64,000 bases of DNA from a virus (taxonomy: Duplodnaviria; Caudoviricetes): positions 6,372 through 70,371 of the IMG/VR virus record IMGVR_UViG_3300037453_000316. The stretch is one strand, 5' to 3'. Shown piece by piece: positions 21,264 to 29,867 of this stretch. The notes under the pieces were generated by a model. The model had not been told where the DNA came from, did not search any database, and worked only from the letters and a program-made list of their open reading frames with translations. Position 1 is the stretch's first letter, and each line of letters begins with the position of its first letter. The translations under genes were made by a program, and so were the position numbers.

Positions 21264-21292
21264 AAAGCGGTGGTTTCCCCACCGCTTTTTTT
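21264..21292 (+). terminator. Intrinsic terminator after the sheath gene
   Basis: GCGGTGG...CCACCGC followed by a T-run. Confidence 0.85.
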
Positions 21293-21333
21293 ATTCAAAC
21301 ATAAATAATATATAATGACACGATTATATAACT

Positions 21334-21639
21334 ATGAAGAAATTTTCTGACGATATGGTCATATTGACCGAAGAAGAGATGAAAACTGTCGATGTACTTT
21401 CCGAAAAAATCGTTGAACTGTTAAAGGAAGGAAAATCAACGGATGACATATTAAACGGAAATATCGACGAAGGTATTCTCGGCGGTATAGTCGGAGGTAT
21501 AGCGGGTGCCACCATAGGTCCGGCACTCGGAAGGGCTATATGCAGGGCTCTCGGTATAGAACACGGAATACTATACAATTTCTTGAACAGTAGAGTATTT
21601 CTCGCCGCAGTATGCAGTTATGCAGGATTGAAGTATTAA
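21334..21639 (+). CDS. Small late protein with glycine-zipper-like segment
   Basis: GILGGIVGGIAGATIGPALG; late promoter at 21300; IDEG site. Confidence 0.65.
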   Translation: MKKFSDDMVILTEEEMKTVDVLSEKIVELLKEGKSTDDILNGNIDEGILGGIVGGIAGATIGPALGRAICRALGIEHGILYNFLNSRVFLAAVCSYAGLKY

Positions 21640-21656
21640 AAATAATTTTTATATAT

Positions 21657-24221
21657 ATGGATAACATTTTGATTAAAATAGGTCCGGAGACAAGTATAGG
21701 GGCACGATTTCCTATTGTTTATAATGACAACAACCAGAAGATAATAGACGCCATAAATGGTATAGAAACTCATATTGAAAATATTAGAACAGTACAAACC
21801 AAAAGGATTCTTCCTGTTCTACAATACAATGAGACTAAATATCAACAGATGAAGGTGAGTTATGATGACTTAAAAGACAATTATGACGAACTCCTTTCTA
21901 AATATAATGAGTTTTCACAAAAATATGATGCTCTTTTGAATGCCTTCAATCAAATAGATGATAGAATAGAAGAAATTATAGAAACTGGTCTCGTTGTCCC
22001 GACCAATATTTCTGCATTTGAAAACGATGCGGGGTACATTACATCTACTGAAGTTCCCACCGCACAGGTAAACGCCGACTGGGAAGCCACAAGCGGTGCA
22101 GGACAAATTTTACACAAACCGACACTTTTTAGTGGTAACTACAACGACTTGGAAAACAAGCCGACAATCCCAACCGTTCCGACCAACGTTTCTGCATTCA
22201 CCAACGATGCAAACTACATAACTTCTGCTGATGTTCCGGCACAAGTAAATGCCGACTGGAACGCAACTAGTGGTGCAGGACAAATCTTGAACAAGCCTGA
22301 ACTTTTCAGCGGAAACTACAACGACTTGGAAAACAAGCCGACAATCCCAACCGTTCCGACCGCAGTTTCAGCATTTGAGAACGATGTCAACTATTTGACC
22401 TCGGAGACCGACCCAACGGTTCCCGACTGGGCAAAAGCAGAAAACAAACCCACATACAGCTATTCGGAGATTGCAAATAGGCCGACAAATGTTTCATCAT
22501 TCACAAACGATGCAAATTATATTACAAATACCGTCAATGACCTTCTTTATTATTATAAGAAAACGGATACATACAGTACTTCAGAAATAAATGCTTTGGT
22601 AGGTTCAATAACTCATTTTAGTTGGGAGATATATGCAAATATATCAAGTATTACAAATCCTTCTCAAAATGTGTTGTATCTCATAGGTCCAACTGGTACT
22701 GGAACAGATAAATATGAGGAGTTTGTTTATACAACAAATAATGAATTTATAAAGATAGGTGATACTACGATAGATTTATCAAATTATGTTCAAAAAGACG
22801 GTAATAAACAACTTTCCACCGAAGATTTCACCACTGCACTCCTCAATAAACTTAATGGTATAGAAACTGGGGCACAAGTAAATATAAAACCGGATTGGAA
22901 TGCTGTAACAGGAGATAGTTCAGAAATACTTAATAAACCAACAATTCCGACCAATGTTTCCGACCTCACCAACGATATTGGATACATCACATCTGCTGAT
23001 ATTCCCGCTCAGGTAAACGCAGACTGGAATGCTGTAAGTGGTGCAGGACAGATTTTGAACAAACCTAATATATCCGATGAATTTGTGATAGAATTGATTG
23101 GTAGTTATGTTAATAATAATCCTGTAATCTCTTCCAATATAACATTTGAAGAAATGATGGAGGCGTATAATAACGATAAACAACTCATATTGAAGTTTAA
23201 TTTTACCAATTCATTCTTTGGTGTGGGTAGTGAATCGACCGTTTATTTAAAGAATTTTGAATACTTTGAACTTGAAGTGGAAGATACTCCTCCACCAGAT
23301 TATACTTATCATATGGTTATCGGTGTTAAATTTTTTGCACACGTTGGAGCAAGTTTATTACCAAATATTTTTGAAAATATTGTCCTCACGGAAGGAAATC
23401 TTATTCCTAATACAGAGACACATTCTTTAAATGTGTCTATTGATAACATAGTATTCGCCACATCATTCATATTGGATACACCAAAAAACGCAACAAACGG
23501 AAATGTTGGAATAAATGTAATGAATTATAATAGTCAGACATCTGACTATGATATTAATAATGGTGGTATAATCATATCCGGAAATAATGCTACCAGTGTA
23601 ATTACCAATTCTAATGGTGATATAATTGTCGATACACCCGTAGGTGATGGACTTGAAATAACACAAAATGGTCTTCAACCAAAAGTAGATGGTACAACCA
23701 TTGAAATCAATTCAAATGGAGAATTAAGTGTTATTGGAGGTGGAAGTGGTGGAAGTGGTGAAGGTATGGTTCTTGAACTGTGGGGTTCTTCTCCAAATTA
23801 CGGTAATGTTGGGCAAAACCTTAGTATAGTCGTACTTAGAACTAGAGATGATGTATATCAGTGGAACGAATCTAGTGATTATGGTAGTAATACAACAGAT
23901 TCAAGAATAAGAGATTCGATATTATCAAAAGTACTTGATATAGTATATGGTAAAAATCTTCCAGTAGGTACAGCAAGACCAGAAATATTAGTAAAACTTG
24001 GTTATACCTATTACCGTGGTAGGACTGATGTAGAACCTATAGAATATGTAACAAATATAATTAGTGGAAGACATATAACTTATGCATCATCTTATTTATA
24101 TATAATATATCAAGTTGAAAATTTTACTTCATCGAGTGCAAATAATCTAAGGGGTGTTAGTAGAGCGATAACATTCAGTTACACCAAAGAAGAAGATAGA
24201 ATATGGGTTAATCCTACCTAA
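21657..24221 (+). CDS. Tail fibre / receptor-binding protein
   Basis: Coiled-coil N-terminus, repeated NADW..SGAGQILNKP and NKPTIPTVPT..SAF.ND units, AT-rich C-terminal part; start moved to the in-frame ATG at 21657. Confidence 0.75.
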   Translation: MDNILIKIGPETSIGARFPIVYNDNNQKIIDAINGIETHIENIRTVQTKRILPVLQYNETKYQQMKVSYDDLKDNYDELLSKYNEFSQKYDALLNAFNQIDDRIEEIIETGLVVPTNISAFENDAGYITSTEVPTAQVNADWEATSGAGQILHKPTLFSGNYNDLENKPTIPTVPTNVSAFTNDANYITSADVPAQVNADWNATSGAGQILNKPELFSGNYNDLENKPTIPTVPTAVSAFENDVNYLTSETDPTVPDWAKAENKPTYSYSEIANRPTNVSSFTNDANYITNTVNDLLYYYKKTDTYSTSEINALVGSITHFSWEIYANISSITNPSQNVLYLIGPTGTGTDKYEEFVYTTNNEFIKIGDTTIDLSNYVQKDGNKQLSTEDFTTALLNKLNGIETGAQVNIKPDWNAVTGDSSEILNKPTIPTNVSDLTNDIGYITSADIPAQVNADWNAVSGAGQILNKPNISDEFVIELIGSYVNNNPVISSNITFEEMMEAYNNDKQLILKFNFTNSFFGVGSESTVYLKNFEYFELEVEDTPPPDYTYHMVIGVKFFAHVGASLLPNIFENIVLTEGNLIPNTETHSLNVSIDNIVFATSFILDTPKNATNGNVGINVMNYNSQTSDYDINNGGIIISGNNATSVITNSNGDIIVDTPVGDGLEITQNGLQPKVDGTTIEINSNGELSVIGGGSGGSGEGMVLELWGSSPNYGNVGQNLSIVVLRTRDDVYQWNESSDYGSNTTDSRIRDSILSKVLDIVYGKNLPVGTARPEILVKLGYTYYRGRTDVEPIEYVTNIISGRHITYASSYLYIIYQVENFTSSSANNLRGVSRAITFSYTKEEDRIWVNPT
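22000..22400 (+). repeat. 177-bp (59-aa) tandem repeat in the tail fibre
   Basis: GACTTGGAAAACAAGCCGACAATCCCAACCGTTCCGACC at 22146 and 22323; a further partial copy near 22940-23070. Confidence 0.85.
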
Positions 24222-24243
24222 TCCTAATTCACAATAATCACAG

Positions 24244-24288
24244 ATTAAAAAAGCTCTAACTTAATTTGAAAGTTAGAGCTTTTTTAAT
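24244..24288. terminator. Intrinsic terminator
   Basis: 18-bp inverted repeat ATTAAAAAAGCTCTAACT...AGTTAGAGCTTTTTTAAT. Confidence 0.85.
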
Positions 24289-24299
24289 TGTTATGTGAA

Positions 24300-24319
24300 A
24301 AAATAGTATCTTTGTAAAA
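24300..24319 (+). promoter_or_regulatory. Host-type -7 promoter element
   Basis: AAAATAGTATCTTTGTAAAA. Confidence 0.75.
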
Positions 24320-24330
24320 AATGATTGGTT

Positions 24331-24660
24331 ATGTTACTTCAATATCAAAAATTCCCATTGTGTCAGATGACCGGATATGAGGAGAAAACGACTTTCTGGA
24401 ATGACTTTACGATAGCGGATGCTTTCGGAAAGTCCGCCATACAAGATACTTTCAACCGTGCTTTCAGTGAATGGAAGACAAGTCTGGAATATGTCACCGA
24501 ACTTGTACTCGTCTTGAACTGGAAGATGTGGCAACACTCCGACAACGGAAACGTAGAGTTCGGAAGACTGTATGAAAAACTGTGGAGAAAAACCGACAAC
24601 TGGTGCATGAAGAACCTTAAAGGTGATGAATTGAGTTATTATTTAAGAACAATAGACTGA
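24331..24660 (+). CDS. Conserved hypothetical phage protein
   Basis: TTFWNDFTIADAFG..DTFNRAF.EWK...YVTELVLVLNWK pattern; the track starts it at TTG 24325, the first ATG is at 24331. Confidence 0.7.
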   Translation: MLLQYQKFPLCQMTGYEEKTTFWNDFTIADAFGKSAIQDTFNRAFSEWKTSLEYVTELVLVLNWKMWQHSDNGNVEFGRLYEKLWRKTDNWCMKNLKGDELSYYLRTID

Positions 24661-24668
24661 TTGCTGCT

Positions 24669-24836
24669 ATGTCCGATAAAGAAAAAAGAATTAAAGAACT
24701 TGAAGAACGGATTGAGAAGTTTGACAAGATAATTTATGACCTTTACAGTATCCAGAACGATACGGAGACTGCAAGTCTATTTCTTACGAAGCTTGAAGAA
24801 ATGGAGGAAGAATTAAAGAAATTAAAAGGTGAATAA
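24669..24836 (+). CDS. Small coiled-coil protein (55 aa, below the track cut-off)
   Basis: Hand translation MSDKEKRIKELEERIEKFDK...; stop abuts the next ATG. Confidence 0.7.
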   Translation: MSDKEKRIKELEERIEKFDKIIYDLYSIQNDTETASLFLTKLEEMEEELKKLKGE

Positions 24837-25592
24837 ATGAAAAACATAGTATTTTTTGACTTGGAGACTACGGGAGCTCCAAAGAATCCGGCGTTGACGA
24901 GAATCATTGAGATTTCCGGTATCAAGGTGAATGAGAACCTTGAAATCATAGACAAGATTTATTTCAAGTGTAATAACGACGGTGTTCCCATTGAACCGGA
25001 CGCTTTCGAAAGACACGGTATTCCGGAATCCGATTTGGTGGATTGTCCGACATTTAATGAAGTTGCACCAGCCGTATTCAAGTTCTTTGAAGGATGTGAC
25101 ATCGGAGGACACTACTGCACCTTCTATGACGCACCTATTCTCTACGAAAGTTTCCTGAGAGCAGGTCTGACTTGGAATTTCCGTGACTTGAAGGTGTATG
25201 ACACATATAGCATATACAAGAAGTTCAATTCGGGCAAACTCGGTGAACTCTATAAGAAATATACGGGGGAAGACCTTGAGAACGCACACAGTGCCGATGC
25301 AGACACGTTGGCGACACTCGAAGTGTTCAAATACCAGTCGAAACACGGTGAGACACTCGATGAAACCGAACTCTCTGCGTATTCTGACCGCCTCGACATT
25401 ATGGGTAACTTCAAGGTCGGCCATAAACCGGACGGAACAAGATATGTGTATCTTCCTTTCGGAAAATACAAGGATAAGCCGGTGGATGAGATTGACCCGA
25501 GTTATCTTGAATGGATGGCGAACAACGATGAAGGTTTTCCGACCGACACGAGACTTTATGCCCGTAAACTTGCAGACAAACTTAAAAGATAA
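24837..25592 (+). CDS. DEDDh 3'-5' exonuclease (DnaQ/ExoX-like) with C-terminal PFGKY domain
   Basis: FFDLETTG, FYDAPIL, HSADAD; LPFGKYKD...YLEWM. Confidence 0.88.
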   Translation: MKNIVFFDLETTGAPKNPALTRIIEISGIKVNENLEIIDKIYFKCNNDGVPIEPDAFERHGIPESDLVDCPTFNEVAPAVFKFFEGCDIGGHYCTFYDAPILYESFLRAGLTWNFRDLKVYDTYSIYKKFNSGKLGELYKKYTGEDLENAHSADADTLATLEVFKYQSKHGETLDETELSAYSDRLDIMGNFKVGHKPDGTRYVYLPFGKYKDKPVDEIDPSYLEWMANNDEGFPTDTRLYARKLADKLKR

Positions 25593-25595
25593 GAT

Positions 25596-26336
25596 ATGAA
25601 AAGAAAATTTACAGACAAATACACGGGAAGATTAAAGAAAGACAAGAGTGTGTTCTTTGAACCGATACCCGAAAACAATCGTATCGGAGGTGGACTTTCA
25701 AGAACCACTAAATTCTACGCTATAATCGAGTCGATGACATACTATAAGACGGAGGATGATAACTACGCCAATTTTGAAGATTTATTCGAAAGAACTCCGG
25801 AGTTTAAAAGTATGGATGAACTCAAAGAATATATGAACACCAATAACATCCGTATCGGTTCGGAAATGACCAGAGTCGTTCCCATAAACGACGGTGAACA
25901 CAAGGTGTATAAAAGAGAGGTGAAAGTGCCTATAACAGACATATCGTACCGTATGAAGTATTCCATCAACATAGACGCCTTTGTAAATCTTTCACACGAA
26001 TCGGATGAAATGCCGGGTATCGAAATTCCGGAGTATATCGGAGATTTGGAGACAGCGGAATGTGACGCACATTCATATGCTATGCAAAGTCTTTATTCGG
26101 TCATAAAGAGTGAAAATGCAAAAAGAAATCATCTTGAAGAATGTAAGGTTGATGTGAACGAGATGTTAAGTGTCAGAGACGCTATGAGACTTGAACTTTC
26201 ACCCGAAACACTCGACAACACCATAGAATTTCTGGAAACGAAAAAGGCGAACATAAATGAAAAGTTTGTAGCGAAATATGACAATATGATAAACAAACTC
26301 AAAATGATAAAGGAAATAAAGGCGAAGGGGTTATAA
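25596..26336 (+). CDS. Hypothetical protein
   Basis: 246-aa ORF in the same operon. Confidence 0.7.
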   Translation: MKRKFTDKYTGRLKKDKSVFFEPIPENNRIGGGLSRTTKFYAIIESMTYYKTEDDNYANFEDLFERTPEFKSMDELKEYMNTNNIRIGSEMTRVVPINDGEHKVYKREVKVPITDISYRMKYSINIDAFVNLSHESDEMPGIEIPEYIGDLETAECDAHSYAMQSLYSVIKSENAKRNHLEECKVDVNEMLSVRDAMRLELSPETLDNTIEFLETKKANINEKFVAKYDNMINKLKMIKEIKAKGL

Positions 26337-26364
26337 AAAAAGGAGTGAAGTTCACTCCTTTTTT
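26336..26364. terminator. Bidirectional intrinsic terminator
   Basis: AAAAAAGGAGTGAA-G-TTCACTCCTTTTTT. Confidence 0.8.
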
Positions 26365-26368
26365 GATA

Positions 26369-27157
26369 TTAAATAAAATCTCTGATGTCCACTCCGTTGT
26401 ATGCGTAATAGTCTGTTACTGCGTCATATTTGATTTCAAACTCACTTTTACCGTTATATAAAATGTCATCATCAAATTCATATTCCTTGTCATCGAAATA
26501 GAACGACATTTCTTCCAAATATCCACCCACAGTAACTTCTTCGTATCCACCTCTTCTTGGGTATGAATCATAAGATACTCCCAATTTCACATAACAAGTT
26601 ATCTTTTCACCGGATACTTCCATATTGATTTCGAATTCCACATCATTCTGGTCGTAATATTCGGCAAGATTTTCTTCTATGTAATCTTCTACATTTCTTG
26701 TTATTTCCCTTATGTTTTCCTTTGTGGCGAATCCTCTTAAAAATTTCCTTTTTTCCTGTTCATCATAAACGGTGTTTTCTGGTTTCGGGTGCAATACACC
26801 TTGGTTATACTTCCTTCTCTCCTTCTTCAATATTTTAAGTCTTTGCTTTAATGTTTCCCTGTCCATAGACTCGACTGAATCCTTCAGTGTATCGAAATTT
26901 TTCAATACGAGAAGTTTTCCGTTTTCAAGTTCAATATAGAATGTGGGTTCATCGTCGCCAAATCCGGAGTTCTTATATTTTTCCTTATATTCATCCCTGT
27001 CTCCCACCAAACCCAGTATATCACTGTCTTGTGTGTCATATAATATCCTCTTATCCCAATCATATTTCGGATAACCGTTCTGTTTTATGATTGTACGGAG
27101 TCTATTACTCTGGAAAGCCTCATTTATGAACTCTTCATATTTTTTTATGTATCCCAT
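26369..27157 (-). CDS. Putative internal head protein
   Basis: MGYIKKYEEFINEA; late promoter at 27179. Confidence 0.7.
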   Translation of the reverse strand: MGYIKKYEEFINEAFQSNRLRTIIKQNGYPKYDWDKRILYDTQDSDILGLVGDRDEYKEKYKNSGFGDDEPTFYIELENGKLLVLKNFDTLKDSVESMDRETLKQRLKILKKERRKYNQGVLHPKPENTVYDEQEKRKFLRGFATKENIREITRNVEDYIEENLAEYYDQNDVEFEINMEVSGEKITCYVKLGVSYDSYPRRGGYEEVTVGGYLEEMSFYFDDKEYEFDDDILYNGKSEFEIKYDAVTDYYAYNGVDIRDFI

Positions 27158-27211
27158 ATATGTTATTTTTATTTACATTATTTATGAATATTTTTCAATA
27201 TAGAATATAAA

Positions 27212-27242
27212 AAAAGAGAAACTCTTTTGGAGTTTCTCTTTT
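27212..27242 (-). terminator. Terminator after the major capsid gene
   Basis: AAAAGAGAAACTC-TTTTG-GAGTTTCTCTTTT. Confidence 0.85.
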
Positions 27243-27267
27243 ATTTAATTTACTATTAAACTACTGT

Positions 27268-28974
27268 TTAGTAGAGATTTACACCCTTACCACACATTAC
27301 TTCAAAAGCATAGTAGTAAAGTTGTGGGTGATGTCCTGCACGAACAATAGCATAACGTGACTTCAATGAAGTTACAGGAGCACCTTCCATACCTTCTGCC
27401 GGATAAGAGAGCTTATCAGCCATCAAGTAAGGCATGAAAACGATACCTGGTTCATTGTCCTTACCCTTACGACCTACTACGATGTGACCATCTGTATAAG
27501 GCATATTCGGGTCAACATAGATGCTTACACCTGAAATTGCACCGATTGGGTAGAGAGAACCAGCGGTCTGGTTGATGGTGTTAGAAAGTGGATAAGCTGT
27601 GAAACCAGCACAATCCTGGATAGCGGCTGCGATACCTGCTGCACATACAGCGAAGGTACCAGCACCTCTACGACCTCTTTGAGCGATGAGTGTAGAAGCA
27701 GCGAGAATCTTCGAGTACAGTCTTCTCTGGATTGTACCGAGAGTTTCAGCACCACCTGCTACGAATACAGTTTCGTATCCTTCTGGCTTATCTTCATTCG
27801 GGTCAACGAAGAAGAATGTGTTAAGGTTGATACCTTCAAATGCAAGAGCTTCCTCGTGGTTCTTCCAACCAAGTTCGAAGATATTGTTCAACAACTCACG
27901 GTTGATGTGCTGTGTCAACTCGTTTACGAGTTCTGCTTCAACCTGTGCGAGAGCGTCAATACCGTAAGCCTTGAGGTCCTGAATCTGTTCACGAGTGATA
28001 GCACCCTTAACCTGAATGGTCTTGGCTTCTACCTTCTCGGTGAATACGTTCAATGACATCATATTACTTGGTGTTGATTCACCAGTTGCTCTGTCATAAG
28101 ACTGTGCTGACATAGGTTTGCCGTTCTTGAATCCAGCACCTGTGAAACCAGGGATGAAATCTTCGAGAGCCTTTACAGTGTCGATGTCGATAACATAGTA
28201 CTTTTCAGCAATCATTTTAGCATCGTCACCCATAAGAGTTTCTGCGAGAGTTATTGATGCACCTTCACCACCGTTCCACTTCTTTTCGTGCAATATCGTC
28301 TTTTCTTTTACTTGGAAGATAGGACGACCATCGATACGACCGAGAGCAACGAAAGTGAGTTCGTAATCACCAACTGTTATTGGAGCCATACCAGGTTGGA
28401 AAGTAGCTTGAAGGTCTTTAAAACTTGCGGCGTGATTTACAGCGTCATAGTCTGAATCAGAATCACTACCATCTGCTGTTGCAAGTGTCAACTTAACCAT
28501 AAGAGGAGCAGTTGTTGATTCATTACCTTCTGGCCATTTACCTTCAAAACGTGGGTTGATGTTAGTCTTACCACCTTCATAAACATAGTCCATATACTGA
28601 AGGATTCCGAGAGGACCTTGCATTGGAACTACTGGAACCAAGTCCAAAGCGATAGTCTGTGCAGCTACCTGTACAGCGAGAGGGAGAAGTGAGAATGGAT
28701 TATCACCACTACCACGTTGTCCGTCGTAACCGTTGTTAGGGTTAGCACCTGGGAAGAACATATCACCCATACCACCAACATTCATTCCTGGGTTAAGGTG
28801 AGCATATCCCATTACTGACTCATTAAGTTGTTTCTTTTCGTACATATCGTGATAAGCACAATATTTACTCATCCAAGTCAACTTGCTTCTATCAGTAATG
28901 CCAGTTGACTCGGTAATAAAACCTGACCAAGCCTTCATTGTTTCGGCTTCGTTCAAAATAACATTTTGTAACAT
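27268..28974 (-). CDS. gp23: Major capsid protein
   Basis: LVPVVPMQGPLG, EKVEAKTIQVK..TREQIQDLKA, ELTQHINRE, YMADK..LKSRYAI; two late promoters upstream. Confidence 0.95.
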   Translation of the reverse strand: MLQNVILNEAETMKAWSGFITESTGITDRSKLTWMSKYCAYHDMYEKKQLNESVMGYAHLNPGMNVGGMGDMFFPGANPNNGYDGQRGSGDNPFSLLPLAVQVAAQTIALDLVPVVPMQGPLGILQYMDYVYEGGKTNINPRFEGKWPEGNESTTAPLMVKLTLATADGSDSDSDYDAVNHAASFKDLQATFQPGMAPITVGDYELTFVALGRIDGRPIFQVKEKTILHEKKWNGGEGASITLAETLMGDDAKMIAEKYYVIDIDTVKALEDFIPGFTGAGFKNGKPMSAQSYDRATGESTPSNMMSLNVFTEKVEAKTIQVKGAITREQIQDLKAYGIDALAQVEAELVNELTQHINRELLNNIFELGWKNHEEALAFEGINLNTFFFVDPNEDKPEGYETVFVAGGAETLGTIQRRLYSKILAASTLIAQRGRRGAGTFAVCAAGIAAAIQDCAGFTAYPLSNTINQTAGSLYPIGAISGVSIYVDPNMPYTDGHIVVGRKGKDNEPGIVFMPYLMADKLSYPAEGMEGAPVTSLKSRYAIVRAGHHPQLYYYAFEVMCGKGVNLY

Positions 28975-29150
28975 AATTTTATTCCTTTTTTTATTTTATA
29001 TATAGTCAACTGAAGTACATTGCTTCTATTTACTTCAAGTTTCTTTTTTTTTTCTTACGGTATTTATGTAAATTTATTTTACACAAATCCTTTCGCAAAA
29101 AGTGTGGTAATTTGAGTTACCACACATTATTTATGAAAATTTATTTTCAT

Positions 29151-29855
29151 TTATTCCTGAGTGTTGAAAATATTTTCAAGTTCGTGCATACAATTTATGA
29201 ATTTCTTGATATTCAATTCTTTATATGACAAAACCATTACAGCACCCAAAAGTTTTCCTTCATAATACAGGTTGAATGTATATACCCACTTAACAAATGT
29301 GTTATGAGACATCATATGATAAAGTTTCGTATCAACCTTCTCGAACTCCTCCCTTGAACAGTATGCGAACTGCTGCTGGGTGAACTCCGGATTGTCAAAA
29401 ATGTCATACTTGGTGACATGCTCGTCCTTCAAGGGTGATGTATCTATATAAGGTTCACCCTCCTTGCAAATGTCGATTGTTACATCAAACTTTCTAAACG
29501 GAAACGAAGTCGCTATATTTGTGGAACCGTTGTGGTATTCTATAAGATAGATATACTCACAACCGGTTTCCTTCATAGTCGCACGCAATTTTTTCTTGAC
29601 ATCTGTATAGACTTCTTGTGACTTCACCAGTTTTTCTTGATGTACATCATTCTGTTCCTTTATGGATTTGTCTATTGCATTTTCGACTGTTTCGGGAACT
29701 ACCTCCTTAATCTTATAGTCAACAAAGTAACCTATTCCAAATATGGTCATACCGATGAGAAGCACAATCAAGACGGTTTTTATACCATATGTCTTGATGA
29801 GCCCCAACAGTAATGTTCCATATTCTTTTATCCAAGCAAATATTGATGAAAACAT
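29151..29855 (-). CDS. Single-TM membrane protein with GAF-like soluble domain, possibly a T4 gpT-type holin
   Basis: TM helix VLIVLLIGMTIFGIGYFV followed by an alpha/beta domain (IYLIEYHNG...LLGAVMVLSY). Confidence 0.5.
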   Translation of the reverse strand: MFSSIFAWIKEYGTLLLGLIKTYGIKTVLIVLLIGMTIFGIGYFVDYKIKEVVPETVENAIDKSIKEQNDVHQEKLVKSQEVYTDVKKKLRATMKETGCEYIYLIEYHNGSTNIATSFPFRKFDVTIDICKEGEPYIDTSPLKDEHVTKYDIFDNPEFTQQQFAYCSREEFEKVDTKLYHMMSHNTFVKWVYTFNLYYEGKLLGAVMVLSYKELNIKKFINCMHELENIFNTQE

Positions 29856-29867
29856 TTTTTATTCGAT

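Noticed and set aside
28975-29150. ncRNA or tRNA in the MCP leader (TGAAGTA/TACTTCA and GTGTGGTAA/TTACCACAC hairpins)
   Set aside because: No cloverleaf; the short hairpins fit a terminator or translational operator, and I cannot support more.
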